From contig DAITPY010000005.1 in NCBI GenBank assembly GCA_036833315.1, positions 1,576-65,575 of the forward strand: DNA of 64,000 bases, written 5' to 3'. How positions within the stretch are numbered: the first letter of the stretch is position 1; every line of letters begins with the position of its first letter. The translations under genes and the position numbers were made by a program. The DNA comes from Candidatus Dormiibacterota bacterium. Its GTDB lineage: Bacteria > Chloroflexota > Dormibacteria > Aeolococcales > Aeolococcaceae. This document shows positions 25,374-35,256 of this stretch, piece by piece. A model generated the notes under the pieces. It did no database searches. It saw only the letters and a program-made list of their open reading frames with translations, and was not told the DNA's origin.

Positions 25374-25720
25374 GTCCGAAGCCGCGTTCCATGCGACATC
25401 TACGAGTGTAGTCCCGGTTTTGATCTCACCGGAGCCGCGCCCTGGGACCAGGCTCGGCTTCGGCCAGTCTCGGTGTTTGTCCCGCCCGGCGCCGAGGCGC
25501 CACCGGGCGGCGAGGCTGCTTGCATTAACGTCGGGTCCGGCTCCCACAGCCGAGAAGCCGGTCGACGTCAGGCCGAAGCCTGAGCTTTTTTCGTCTCTGC
25601 TACTTACGCAGCGAGGGCGAGGGGTGCGTTATTCGCACGTATATTTTTCCCGGTTTTACGAGCCCGGGGCTCGACTCGCATTCGCACGACCCACGACCCC
25701 GTCGAAACCAGTACGCCCCC
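25346..25720 (-). ncRNA. ssrA: tmRNA (SsrA), about 375 nt
   Basis: Minus-strand 5' end GGGGGCGUACUGGUUUCGACGGGG (tmRNA consensus GGGG...GG.UUCGAC.GGG). 3' end ...GGUUCGAUCCCCGGCGCCUCCACCA, a tRNA-Ala-like acceptor with G3:U70. Internal tag frame GCG AAU AAC GCA CCC CUC GCC CUC GCU GCG UAA gives ANNAPLALAA*. smpB lies 4.4 kb away. Confidence 0.9.
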
Positions 25721-25977
25721 ATGGGAACGCTACGATCCGAGATCAGCGTGCACCACGATCATAGCGCGTCAACGGCGACCGCGCGATCGCCCTTGCCGTT
25801 CATAGGGCTAGGCGCTCAGCCCGGATGGCGGGGAGTGCGGTCTCTGCCCGGCACCGTGCTCAACTGGCACCGCGCTCGGAGCCGCCGTACTCACGCGCCG
25901 CAACCCTCACCTGACAGAATGACGCCCGCGTTCGGGCATCAGCATCGGCGGCCGGCCACAGGGAGAATGGGCGAGAG

Positions 25978-27393
25978 ATGCCCGAGGTGATCGTCATCGG
26001 AGCGGGCCCGGTGGGCCTCGCGACGGCAATGCTGCTCGCAAAGGACGGCTATCGCGTCACCGTCCTCGACAAGGACCCGGATGGGCCCCCGGACGAGCCG
26101 TGGGAAGCATGGGAGCGCTGGGAGCGCAAGGGCGTCGCCCAGTTCCGGCAGCCGCATTTCATGATGCCGCGCTTCCGGCACGTCCTCGATTCGGAATTCC
26201 CTGAGGTGCGCAGGCGAATCGAGAAGATCGGAGGCCGGCGCGTCAACCTGACCGCGATCCTGCCGCATTCACTGCCGGATCGGTCGAGCCGGCCGGGCGA
26301 CGAGCGCTTCGAAACGATCACGGCCCGGCGACCCGTGCTCGAGTCCGCCTTCGCACACGCCGCCGAGAGGACCCCCGGGGTCGAGATCCGGCGCGGTGTC
26401 GGCGCGATCGAACCCATCGCCGGCCATGAGGCGCCGCCCGGCGTGCCCCACGTGACGGGAGTGATCACAACGAAGGGGGATCGGCTCGCCGCCGACATCG
26501 TCGTCGATGCGATGGGCCGGCGATCGAAGCTGTCCGAGTGGGTCGAACGGCTCGGCGGGCGCGCCCCTGCGGTTGAGGCGTCCGACGCGGGCTTTGCCTA
26601 CTACACCCGCCATTTTCGATCGCGCGACGGACAGGTGCCCGAGGTCACGGGTCCCTTCGGTGTCGACATGGGGACTGTCCGGATGTTGACGCTGCCTGGG
26701 GACAACAACGCCTGGACGCTGGCGGTCGTCCCGATGGCCGGCGACACGCCGTTCAAGGCTCTGCGCCACAACGACGTCTGGACCCGCGTCGTCGCGTGTG
26801 TCCCACATGCCGCGCACTGGCTCGACGGCGAGCCGATCACCGACGTCATCGCGATGGCGGGCGTCCTCGACCGCCTCTGCCGGATCGTCGTCGACGGTCG
26901 TCCCGTCGTGACGGGGCTCGTCCCGGTCGGCGATGCCTGGGCGTGCACGAACCCGACCGCGGGCCGCGGGATCTCCCTCGGCCTGGCACACGCCGTCGCG
27001 CTCCGCGACACAGTTCGCGAGAAGGCGGGCGACCCGGTGGGGCTGGTCGCGCGCTTCGACGAGGTGACGGAAGCGACGCTCACGCCCTGGTTCCGGGACC
27101 AGTACGACCGCGACCGCCAGCGCGCCGCCGACACGCAGGCCGTGCTCGATGGCCGACCGATGCCACCGCCAGATCCCGCTCAGGCGAAGCAGACCGCGTT
27201 ACTCGCCGCCGTCGCTGCCGACCCCGAGGTCGCCCGAGGCTGGTTGGACACGCTCACGTGCCTCGCCCTGCCGGCGGAGGTCATGCAGCGCGCTGGGATG
27301 CAGGAACGGGTCGCGGCCTTCGCGGGGAGGACCCCCGATCCGATGCCGGGTCCGACGCGCCCGGACCTCCTCGCGGCAGTCGCCGGCAGCTGA
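25978..27393 (+). CDS. FAD-dependent oxidoreductase (flavin monooxygenase / geranylgeranyl-reductase-like)
   Basis: N-terminal Rossmann motif VIVIGAGPVGLATAMLLAKDGYRVTVLDK and a later GD motif region (DIVVDAMGRRS). Confidence 0.75.
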   Translation: MPEVIVIGAGPVGLATAMLLAKDGYRVTVLDKDPDGPPDEPWEAWERWERKGVAQFRQPHFMMPRFRHVLDSEFPEVRRRIEKIGGRRVNLTAILPHSLPDRSSRPGDERFETITARRPVLESAFAHAAERTPGVEIRRGVGAIEPIAGHEAPPGVPHVTGVITTKGDRLAADIVVDAMGRRSKLSEWVERLGGRAPAVEASDAGFAYYTRHFRSRDGQVPEVTGPFGVDMGTVRMLTLPGDNNAWTLAVVPMAGDTPFKALRHNDVWTRVVACVPHAAHWLDGEPITDVIAMAGVLDRLCRIVVDGRPVVTGLVPVGDAWACTNPTAGRGISLGLAHAVALRDTVREKAGDPVGLVARFDEVTEATLTPWFRDQYDRDRQRAADTQAVLDGRPMPPPDPAQAKQTALLAAVAADPEVARGWLDTLTCLALPAEVMQRAGMQERVAAFAGRTPDPMPGPTRPDLLAAVAGS

Positions 27394-27590
27394 CGGCCCG
27401 GAGGCCCGCGTCTACCGCGAGTCCACACCGTTGCCCCACTTGCAAGGACACGGCTGGCTGAATATGCCGACCGCCCCGTTCCTCGCATCGCTAGACGCAG
27501 CGTCGGCGTTAGGCTTGGATTCGTGCATACCGTCGTGGCGTCGCAACACGCCCAGAAATCAACAGGACCAGCACGGCCAGGGCCACCGAA

Positions 27591-28817
27591 ATGACGACGG
27601 GGCAGAGCGTCGCGCCGCCTCCGGCGACGTATGCCCGACTGATGCGCGTCCCGGGGTTCCGCCAGTTGCTGCTCAGCTCGCTGCTCACCCGCACCGCGGG
27701 GCAGATGTGGACCGTCGGGCTCGTCCTCTTCGCATTGCAGCGGTACCACTCGCCGAGCGTTGCGGGGCTGAGCCTCTTCCTGCTCATCTTTCCGGGACTG
27801 CTGCTCAGCCCGATCGCCGGCGCCCTGCTCGATCGTCATGGTCGCAAGCGTTTGATGACCATCGACTTCATCGTGGCCGCGGTGTGCCTGACGGTCATCG
27901 TCGTCCTGGCGGTCGCGAACCGGCTGCCGGTGTGGGGCCTCTACGCGCTGCTGGCGGGCGGCTCGCTCACCAGCACGCTGAGCATTGCCGGCGCCCGGTC
28001 CTTCTTCCCGCTCATCGTTCCGCGTGACCTGTGGGACCGCGGCAATGCCGCCGACAGCGTCCTCTATGGAGTGTCGAGCATCGCCGGCCCCGCTCTCGCC
28101 GGCGCGCTGATCGCCGTGGTCGGCAGTGAAGCCGCACTCGCCGGCGCGGCCGTGGGCTTTGTCGTAGGTGCCGCCGCGCTGCAGGGGGTGAGCGAGCCTG
28201 CCCATGCGGCCGAAGTCTCCGACCGGATCCTTGTCGAGGCGTGGCGGGGCCTGCGCTACGTGGTCACCAATCGCACCCTGCGCTGGATCGCCATCGGGTT
28301 TTCGACGCTCAACGTCGGTTGGGGCATGGTGATTGTCGCCCTGCCGGTCGTCGTGTTCCAGCTCCACGGCAATGCAGCCGTGGTCGGTTTGATCCTCGCC
28401 CTGGCCGGCGCGGCTGGCGTACCGGCGGCGCTGATCGCAGGTCGCATCCGCACCGAAGGGCGCGAGCGCGAGTCGATGGCGCTGTTCGGCGCGGTCATGG
28501 GCCTCGCAGTGCTGGCATTGCTGGTGCCATCCATCGCGGTGATCGCGATCGGCATCGCGATCGCCGGTGGCGCCGACGCAGCCTCCAGCGTCAGTGCCTT
28601 CTCGCTCCGTCAGCGACGCACCGCGCGGGCGTGGTTCGGTCGCGCCTTCGCCGTCTCGATGGCCTTGAACTTCTCGGGTGTCCCAGTCGGCTCGGCCCTG
28701 GCCGGGCCATTCCTGGGGGTCTCGACCACGTTCGCGATCCTTGCCGCGGCGGGGCTCACCCTGGCGGGCAGTGCCATGGTGCAGCTCAAGATTCCCGCCG
28801 TCGCGCCCCCCGCGTGA
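27591..28817 (+). CDS. MFS transporter
   Basis: 408 aa, about 12 hydrophobic helices, MFS signature-like loop LLDRHGRKRLM. Confidence 0.8.
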   Translation: MTTGQSVAPPPATYARLMRVPGFRQLLLSSLLTRTAGQMWTVGLVLFALQRYHSPSVAGLSLFLLIFPGLLLSPIAGALLDRHGRKRLMTIDFIVAAVCLTVIVVLAVANRLPVWGLYALLAGGSLTSTLSIAGARSFFPLIVPRDLWDRGNAADSVLYGVSSIAGPALAGALIAVVGSEAALAGAAVGFVVGAAALQGVSEPAHAAEVSDRILVEAWRGLRYVVTNRTLRWIAIGFSTLNVGWGMVIVALPVVVFQLHGNAAVVGLILALAGAAGVPAALIAGRIRTEGRERESMALFGAVMGLAVLALLVPSIAVIAIGIAIAGGADAASSVSAFSLRQRRTARAWFGRAFAVSMALNFSGVPVGSALAGPFLGVSTTFAILAAAGLTLAGSAMVQLKIPAVAPPA

Positions 28818-28908
28818 GCGACGCGAGAGCCGCGGTTGAGCAGACCGCGGGCCCCGTTGCTAGGCTGATCGGATGCTCCAGGTTGTAGCCGGGCTGGTGA
28901 CTCGCTAG

Positions 28909-30132
28909 TTGCCCCATTTCGACGCGCCGTCTGGAGCTGACCCGGCGGTCGGCGCAAAGCTGAAGCGGGTGATCGTGATCGGCACGGTGGCGCGCCGGGA
29001 CGAGCGCGAGCAGCGCGACATCGAGCTCGACGAGCTCGAAGAACTGGCGCGCACCCTCGGCACCGAGGTGATCGAGCGGAGCTTGATCTCGCTGCGGGAG
29101 CCGCACCCGGCGACCTTCTTCCGCTCCGGCGTCGTGGCGGCCTTCGCCTCCCACCTCGTCGAGCTGGGCAGTCCCGCCGTGCTCTGCAACGACCAGCTCA
29201 CACCGCGCCAGCAGCGCAACCTGCAGGAGGAGTGGGGCGTCCCGGTGCTCGACCGCACCGAGGTGATCCTCGCCATCTTCGCCCGCCGGGCGATCACCGC
29301 CGAGGGTCGCGTCCAGGTGGAGATGGCGCAGCTCGAGCACCTGCTCCCCCGCCTCGCCGGTGGCTGGTCGCACCTCGAGCGTCAGCGCGGCGGTGTCGGG
29401 CTCCGAGGCGGGCCGGGTGAGAAGCAGATCGAGGTGGACCGCCGGCTCATCCGCCAGCAGCTCAAGCGGCTGCGCCAGCGTCTCGTGGTGATCGAGCGCC
29501 AGCGGCAGACGCGACGCACCGCGCGCACCAACGTGCCGCTCGCGTCGTGCGCACTGGTCGGCTACACGAACGCCGGGAAGTCGACTCTTCTCAACGTGCT
29601 CACCCACAGTCAGGTCCTCGCCGACGATCTGCTCTTCGCGACGCTCGACCCCACGTCCCGTCGCCTCGAGCTGCCGTCCGGCAAGCTGGTCATCCTCACC
29701 GACACGGTCGGGTTCATCCAGAAGCTGCCGACCGAGCTCGTCGAGGCCTTCGCGGCAACGCTCGAGGAGGTGCGCCAGGCGCACATGCTCTGCGTCGTCG
29801 TCGATGCCTCGCATCCCGACGCGGAGCAGCAGCTCCTGACCGTGCTCGAGACCCTGCGCTCCATGGACTGCGAGCAGCCGATGATTCTGGCGATCACCAA
29901 GGTCGACCGGCTCACCGCGTCCGAGGTCCGCGCCGCCCGGCTGCGCCTCGGAGACGTCGCCGGCGTGTCCGCGCTCGCGGTGAGCGCGACCCGCGGCGTC
30001 GGGCTTCGGGAGTTGCGTCAGCGCATCGATGCGCTGGCGGCCCAGCTGGTGCCGGACATCAAGGCGAACCGACCCAGCGCGGCGTCACAAGCAGTCGCCC
30101 CCAACGCGGAGCGGCGCGCCGCAGCCGGCTGA
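28909..30132 (+). CDS. hflX: GTPase HflX
   Basis: HflX N-domain plus GTPase G1-G4 (GYTNAGKSTLLN, TLDPT, DTVGF, TKVD). Collinear with E. coli HflX as recalled. Confidence 0.9.
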   Translation: MPHFDAPSGADPAVGAKLKRVIVIGTVARRDEREQRDIELDELEELARTLGTEVIERSLISLREPHPATFFRSGVVAAFASHLVELGSPAVLCNDQLTPRQQRNLQEEWGVPVLDRTEVILAIFARRAITAEGRVQVEMAQLEHLLPRLAGGWSHLERQRGGVGLRGGPGEKQIEVDRRLIRQQLKRLRQRLVVIERQRQTRRTARTNVPLASCALVGYTNAGKSTLLNVLTHSQVLADDLLFATLDPTSRRLELPSGKLVILTDTVGFIQKLPTELVEAFAATLEEVRQAHMLCVVVDASHPDAEQQLLTVLETLRSMDCEQPMILAITKVDRLTASEVRAARLRLGDVAGVSALAVSATRGVGLRELRQRIDALAAQLVPDIKANRPSAASQAVAPNAERRAAAG

Positions 30133-30133
30133 C

Positions 30134-30601
30134 TCAGCGCTTCAGGGCGCGTTCCATGTCGCGCTCGGCGTCGCGCTTGGCGAGATCCTGGCGCTTGTCC
30201 CAGAGCTTCTTGCCGCGCGCGAGTCCGATCTCCACCTTGACCCGGTTGCGCACCAGGTAGAGGCGCAACGGAATGATCGTCAGTCCCTGAGTACGCACGC
30301 GTCCGTCGAGATACTCGATCTCGCGTTTGTGCAGCAACAGCCGGCGGCGCCGCTCGGGTTCGGGATTGTTGCGGTTGCCCTGTTGGTATGAGGCGATGTT
30401 CACCTGCATCAACCAGGCTTGTCCGCCCTCGATGCGCACGTAACCCTCGCGCAGTCCGATTCGCCCGGTGCGCAGCGACTTCACCTCGGTCCCGGTCAGC
30501 TCGATGCCCGCCTCGAGGGTTTCGACGATGCTGTACTCGTGGGTCGCGCTGCGGTTGCGCGCAAGCAGGTTGTCGCCCGGCCGGCGTTGGGTTGGGGTCA
30601 C
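30134..30601 (-). CDS. smpB: SsrA-binding protein SmpB
   Basis: 155 aa: ARNRSATHEYSIVETLEAGIELTGTEVKSLR...GYVRIEGGQAWLMQVNI...RRRRLLLHKREIEYL...LTIIPLRLYL...KVEIGLARGKK. Confidence 0.9.
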   Translation of the reverse strand: MTPTQRRPGDNLLARNRSATHEYSIVETLEAGIELTGTEVKSLRTGRIGLREGYVRIEGGQAWLMQVNIASYQQGNRNNPEPERRRRLLLHKREIEYLDGRVRTQGLTIIPLRLYLVRNRVKVEIGLARGKKLWDKRQDLAKRDAERDMERALKR

Positions 30602-31524
30602 GAGGTGGGCGCCTCGCTGACGGGACGGCGACCGCGCAGGAATGCCGCAGGAGCCATGGCGCGCCTGCCCGGTGGCGTGATCATGTCGGCCCGATACGCG
30701 CCCTCGCGCGCGGCGACCACCACCGACTCGCCCTCATGCCGCAGCACCGCTCCCGGTACCGCTCCATCTGTTCCTTCGGTCACCACGCCCTGTTCCAGCC
30801 GCACGTGGACGCCCTCGAGCGGCGCGACCACACCGGGCCACGGTTGCAGCGCGCGCACCATGCGATCGACCTCGACAGCGCTGCGCCGTTCCCATTCCAC
30901 GCGCCCGTCGTCACGTCCGAGCCGCGGTGCAAAGGTGACTCCGGACTCCGGCTGCGGATGCGCGACGATGTCGCCGCGCTCGAGCGCTGTGAGCACATCG
31001 ATGAGCGTCACTGCGCCGAGGTGGGCGAGCGCCGTGGTGAGCGCGGGCGTCGTCGCCTCGGGACCGATCGCGACGCGTGCCGTCGCATACACCGGCCCGG
31101 TGTCGAGGCCGCTGTCCATGCGCATGATCGACACCCCGGTCTCCGTGTCGCCGGCGAGGATGGCGTGCGCGATCGGCGATGCGCCACGCCAACGCGGGAG
31201 CAGCGACGCGTGGACATTCACCGCTCCGTGCGGCGGCGCATCGATGAGCGTCGACGGGAGGATCTGACCGTAGGCGGCGACCACGAGGCAGTCCGGGCGC
31301 ATGTCGAGCAGCGCCGCGACGACGTCGGGGCTGCGTATCTTCAGTGGCGCGAGCACCGGGATGTCCAGCTCTGCGGCCGCGTCACCCACCGGTCGCGGCG
31401 CCGGTCTGCCGCGGCTCCCGGGACGGTCTGCACGGGTCACCACCGCAACAACCTCGTGGTGTTGCGCACATGCCTGCAGCGACGGCACCGCGAATGCCGC
31501 GGTGCCACAGAAGACGAGCCTCAC
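30598..31524 (-). CDS. fmt: Methionyl-tRNA formyltransferase
   Basis: MRLVFCGTAAFAVPSL...LVVAAYGQILP...NVHASLLPRWRGASPI... 4-nt overlaps with smpB and def. Confidence 0.9.
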   Translation of the reverse strand: MRLVFCGTAAFAVPSLQACAQHHEVVAVVTRADRPGSRGRPAPRPVGDAAAELDIPVLAPLKIRSPDVVAALLDMRPDCLVVAAYGQILPSTLIDAPPHGAVNVHASLLPRWRGASPIAHAILAGDTETGVSIMRMDSGLDTGPVYATARVAIGPEATTPALTTALAHLGAVTLIDVLTALERGDIVAHPQPESGVTFAPRLGRDDGRVEWERRSAVEVDRMVRALQPWPGVVAPLEGVHVRLEQGVVTEGTDGAVPGAVLRHEGESVVVAAREGAYRADMITPPGRRAMAPAAFLRGRRPVSEAPTS

Positions 31525-32030
31525 ACAGCGCTGACGACGCCGGGCTCCTCAGCCTCCTTTGCGGACTCGACCTCGCGCAGCGTCCCCTCGTTGACCCTGG
31601 TCGTGAACAGGATGCCGTCGAGATGATCGATCTCGTGTTGTATGGCGCGGGCCAGCAAGCCGTCGCCTTTGACCCGGATCTCCTTGCCATGACGGTTCAA
31701 TCCCTTGGCAACGACTCGCTGGCAGCGGGTCACCTCGCCGACCCATCCCGGCACCGAGAGGCAGCCCTCGAGACCGGTCTGGTCGCCCTCGCAGCGGACC
31801 ATCTCCGGGTTGGCGACCTGGTAGATCTGATTGTCGACCCGGAGCACGATGACGCGCAGCGACACACCGACCTGGGGCGCGGCAAGGCCGACACCGTTGG
31901 CGTCGAACATGGACTCGACCATGTCGTCCATGAGCCGGCGGATCGCATCGTCCACGCGGGGCACGCGAATCGCCTTGGTGGTGAGCAGGTCGTTGTGATC
32001 CGACACCAGGATGATGGGAAGCACTGCCAC
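31521..32030 (-). CDS. def: Peptide deformylase
   Basis: GVGLAAPQVG, EGCLSVPG and QHEIDHLDG motifs. GTG start at 32030 (MAVLPIIL...); the ORF-track N-terminal extension is rejected. Confidence 0.85.
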   Translation of the reverse strand: MAVLPIILVSDHNDLLTTKAIRVPRVDDAIRRLMDDMVESMFDANGVGLAAPQVGVSLRVIVLRVDNQIYQVANPEMVRCEGDQTGLEGCLSVPGWVGEVTRCQRVVAKGLNRHGKEIRVKGDGLLARAIQHEIDHLDGILFTTRVNEGTLREVESAKEAEEPGVVSAV

Positions 32031-32043
32031 GGTTGGTCTCCGT

Positions 32044-34035
32044 TCAGGGCCCAGGATCGACGTCGATGCTCCAGCCTCGACCCCTGGGAAGATGAGGAAA
32101 CGCCCTCTCGATCTCGGCGCCCCGGACCGTGATCTGCCAGCGGTATTCGCCGCGCAGGCGGTGCAGAAATGCCGGCGTCGGACCGAGGACGTCGAGCCCG
32201 CCGCCTGCTTCGAGTGTACCAGACAGGCGCTGAGCTTCCCGGCGCACCTCGATCTCAGCCGCGCCGTCGTCGTGATGCGTGAAGGTACAGACGCAGAGCC
32301 GCCCATATGGCGGAAATCGCAGCGCCTTGCGCACGCGGATCTCATCGTGCGCGAAGCCGAGATAATCGTGGGTGGTTGCGTGGCGCACGGCGTAGTGACC
32401 CGGGCTGTAGGTCTGCAGCACCACCTGGGCAGGTTCGTCGCCCCGCCCGGCGCGACCCGCGACCTGGGTGAGCAGCGAGAAGGTGAGCTCGCCGCTCCGG
32501 TAATCGGGGAAGTGGAGTGAGGTGTCGGCGTTGACGATGCCCACCAGCCGGACGTTGCCGAGGTCCCATCCCTTCGCGACCATCTGCGTGCCGATGAGGC
32601 AATCGGCCTCGTGACGCCGAAAGGCGTCGTAGATGTCGAAGTACGCGTCGCGGGTGCGCGTGGTGTCGCGATCCATGCGGATCAGGCGCAGCCCTGGGAA
32701 CCGCTCGCGGACGTCGCGCTCGAGTCGCTCGGTCCCCATACCGAGCGCGCGAATCGCTCGCGAGCCACACGCCGGGCAGGCGGCCGGGAGCGGGATCGAC
32801 AACCCGCAGTAGTGACAGTCGCAACTCGCGCGGTCGACGTGATGGACCAGCGACACGCTGCAGTTGGCGCACATCAACGCCTCGCCGCAGGTCCGGCAGA
32901 GCACCACGGTTGCGGTGCCGCGGCGATTGAGGAACAGGATCGACTGCCCGCCCTCGTCGTGACACGCCTGCATGGCTCGATCCAGCGTCAGCGACAGCGG
33001 ACCTGTGTTGCCCGCGCGCAGTTCCTCGCGCAGGTCGACGACCTCGATCGGTGGCAGTGCGCGGCCGCTCACGCGCTCCGGGAGGGTGGCGAGCTCGAGC
33101 TCGCCGGTGTGGGCCCGAAAGAAGCTCTCCACCCTCGGTGTCGCGCTGCCCATCACCACCGGCGCGTCGCAGAGCGCTCCCAACATCAAGGCGACATCCA
33201 CGGCGTGGTAGCGCGGCACCCGGTCCTGCTTGTACGCGGGGGCATCCTCCTCGTCGACGACGACGATGCCGAGGTCGGCGACCGGCGCGAACACCGCGCT
33301 TCGCGAACCGATCACCACGCTGTGCTCCCCATTGCGGATCCGCCGCCACTCGGCCGCCCGCTCGGCGTCGGTGAGCGCAGAGTGCACCACCGCGATCCGG
33401 CCCGGGAAGCGCGCCGTGAAGCGATGGATCATCTGCGGTGTCAGCGCGATCTCCGGTACCAATACGATCGCCCCGCGTCCGGCCGCCAGGGCGGCGCTGA
33501 TCGCTGCGAGGTACACCTCGGTCTTGCCGCTGCCGGTGACTCCATGGAGCAGCACCCGGCGGTGAGCGTGCGCCGCGATCGCATCGAGCAATGGAGTCAC
33601 CGCCGCGCGCTGCGCTTCGTTGAGGACCGGAGCGGGCTCGGGAGGACCGGACGCGCCGGCCTCGGCGACGGCACGCGACATCGAACGTGGGCCTGCACGG
33701 CGTGACGGGCGGGTGCGAACCCCCTTGGGCAGCATCGCCCTGAGCACTTCGCCGAGCGGCGCGCAATATCGTTCGGCGACCTGGCGCGCGAGCGCGAGAT
33801 GGTGGTCGAGGATCAGCCGCGGCTCGTCGATCACGCGGTCGATGGCGCGCACATCCGCGTGGTCAGAAAGGTCTGATCGCTCGACGACGTAGCCGAGGAT
33901 GGATCGCTTGCCGAAGGGAATCTCCACGCGCACCCCGGGGAGCACGAGATCGATCAGGTCGTCGGGTATCGAGTAGGTGTACGCATCGCGAGGCAGCAGC
34001 GAGCGCGTCTCGGGCACGACCGACGCAAAGGTCAC
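32044..34035 (-). CDS. priA: Primosomal protein N' (PriA helicase)
   Basis: Walker A (LLHGVTGSGKTEVY), DExH (VVDEED), a Cys4-Cys4 zinc-binding region (CRTCGEALMCANCS...CDCHYCG...CPACGS) and a helicase C domain. Confidence 0.9.
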   Translation of the reverse strand: MTFASVVPETRSLLPRDAYTYSIPDDLIDLVLPGVRVEIPFGKRSILGYVVERSDLSDHADVRAIDRVIDEPRLILDHHLALARQVAERYCAPLGEVLRAMLPKGVRTRPSRRAGPRSMSRAVAEAGASGPPEPAPVLNEAQRAAVTPLLDAIAAHAHRRVLLHGVTGSGKTEVYLAAISAALAAGRGAIVLVPEIALTPQMIHRFTARFPGRIAVVHSALTDAERAAEWRRIRNGEHSVVIGSRSAVFAPVADLGIVVVDEEDAPAYKQDRVPRYHAVDVALMLGALCDAPVVMGSATPRVESFFRAHTGELELATLPERVSGRALPPIEVVDLREELRAGNTGPLSLTLDRAMQACHDEGGQSILFLNRRGTATVVLCRTCGEALMCANCSVSLVHHVDRASCDCHYCGLSIPLPAACPACGSRAIRALGMGTERLERDVRERFPGLRLIRMDRDTTRTRDAYFDIYDAFRRHEADCLIGTQMVAKGWDLGNVRLVGIVNADTSLHFPDYRSGELTFSLLTQVAGRAGRGDEPAQVVLQTYSPGHYAVRHATTHDYLGFAHDEIRVRKALRFPPYGRLCVCTFTHHDDGAAEIEVRREAQRLSGTLEAGGGLDVLGPTPAFLHRLRGEYRWQITVRGAEIERAFPHLPRGRGWSIDVDPGP

Positions 34036-34700
34036 AACAGCCTGCGCGCGATGATGTCGACGATCGCTTCGGCCACCACCGTTTTGGTTGCGCGGTCGAT
34101 GCTGTGCGAGCCGCCGTCACGGTCGATCACGGTCACCTCGTTGTCGTCGGCGCCCATGCCGATGCCGGGCTGCGAGACGTCATTGACGATGATGAGGTCG
34201 AGGCCCTTGTCGGTGAGCTTGCGCCGCGCATGGTCGATCACGTGCTCGGTCTCCGCCGCAAAGCCGACGCGAAACACCTTCGCGGCTGCAGCGTCGTCGC
34301 GGAGCGCCCGCAGGATGTCGACGGTGGGGACGAACTCAAGGGTCATGGTGCTCGCGCCCTTCTTCAGCTTTTCGCCGGCCACTTCGCGCGGACGCCAGTC
34401 GGCGACGGCTGCCGCCATGACGAGCACGCGCGCGCCCTCGAGCGCAGCGCGGACCGCGGTGTACATCTCCTCGGCGGTCTCCACCGGCACAACCTCGAGG
34501 CCCGGCTGCGCCGCCGGCTGCAGTCCGGCGGTGACCAGGGTGACGGTCGCGCCCCGGCGGATCGCAGCCGCCGCCAGCTCGTTGCCCATCTTGCCGCTCG
34601 ATCGGTTGCCGAGGTAACGCACCGGATCGATCGGTTCGCGGGTCCCACCCGCGGTGATCACGAAGCGAAGCCCGGCGATCGAGGGGTCAGCCCCCGGCAC
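34032..34700 (-). CDS. coaB: Phosphopantothenate-cysteine ligase (CoaB domain of CoaBC)
   Basis: VITAGGTREPIDPVRYLGNRSSGKMG...VMAAAVADWRP...KKG. Start ambiguous (ATG 34733, TTG or GTG near 34700) and overlaps the coaC 3' end. See the finding on a possible frameshift. Confidence 0.75.
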   Translation of the reverse strand: MPGADPSIAGLRFVITAGGTREPIDPVRYLGNRSSGKMGNELAAAAIRRGATVTLVTAGLQPAAQPGLEVVPVETAEEMYTAVRAALEGARVLVMAAAVADWRPREVAGEKLKKGASTMTLEFVPTVDILRALRDDAAAAKVFRVGFAAETEHVIDHARRKLTDKGLDLIIVNDVSQPGIGMGADDNEVTVIDRDGGSHSIDRATKTVVAEAIVDIIARRLL

Positions 34701-35256
34701 CAAGGCGCTCCCCCACGGCGCTGACGATCTCATCGGGCTCGACCATGCGGCCGGTGCTCTCGCGGCCGCTGGCGAGACGCCCGTGCACCGGTCCGAGGAT
34801 GCGCACGCCGCGCGAGGTCAGGGTGGCGGTATGGCCCTGGGTCGCCGGGTGCTCCCACATGGCGGCCTCCATGGCCGGGGCGACCAGCATCGGCGCCCGA
34901 GATGCCAGCGCGGTGGCGGTCACCGGGTCGCCGGCGAGCCCCAGCGCGAGGCGGGCGAGCAGATCGGCCGACGCCGCCACGATCACCTGGACCTCGCACC
35001 ACGACGCAAGGTCGAGATGGCTCATCCCATGGCCGGCCTCGGCGCCGCCGTCGTCCCACATGCTCGACGCAACCCGGTTGCCGCTCAGCGCGCGAAGCAG
35101 CGTCGGGGTGACGAAGTGGGTGGCTGCCTCGGTCATGGCGACCCGGACCTCTGCGCCCAGGCGGCGTAGATCGGTCACCACCTCACAGGCTTTGAAGGCC
35201 GCGACACTGCCGCCGATGCCGATTAGCACACGCCGGCCCTCGAGCTCCAGGGTCAC
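34687..35256 (-). CDS. coaC: Phosphopantothenoylcysteine decarboxylase (CoaC flavoprotein domain)
   Basis: RVLIGIGGSVAAFKACEVV...ATHFVTP...LVAPAM. GTG start overlaps the gmk stop (GTGA). Confidence 0.75.
   Translation of the reverse strand: MTLELEGRRVLIGIGGSVAAFKACEVVTDLRRLGAEVRVAMTEAATHFVTPTLLRALSGNRVASSMWDDGGAEAGHGMSHLDLASWCEVQVIVAASADLLARLALGLAGDPVTATALASRAPMLVAPAMEAAMWEHPATQGHTATLTSRGVRILGPVHGRLASGRESTGRMVEPDEIVSAVGERLGAGG

Noticed and set aside
25720-25800. ssrA promoter call (TTGACG ... TAGCGT about 6 nt upstream of the GGGGG start)
   Set aside because: The -10-like TAGCGT is plausible but there is no well-spaced -35. This is too weak to annotate without TSS data.
28817-28909. GC-rich hairpins after the MFS gene, dnaK and elsewhere as intrinsic terminators
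   Set aside because: Stems exist (e.g. CCGCGGT-N7-ACCGCGG) but none is followed by a U-tract. In such GC-rich genomes this is weak evidence, so they are not annotated as terminators.
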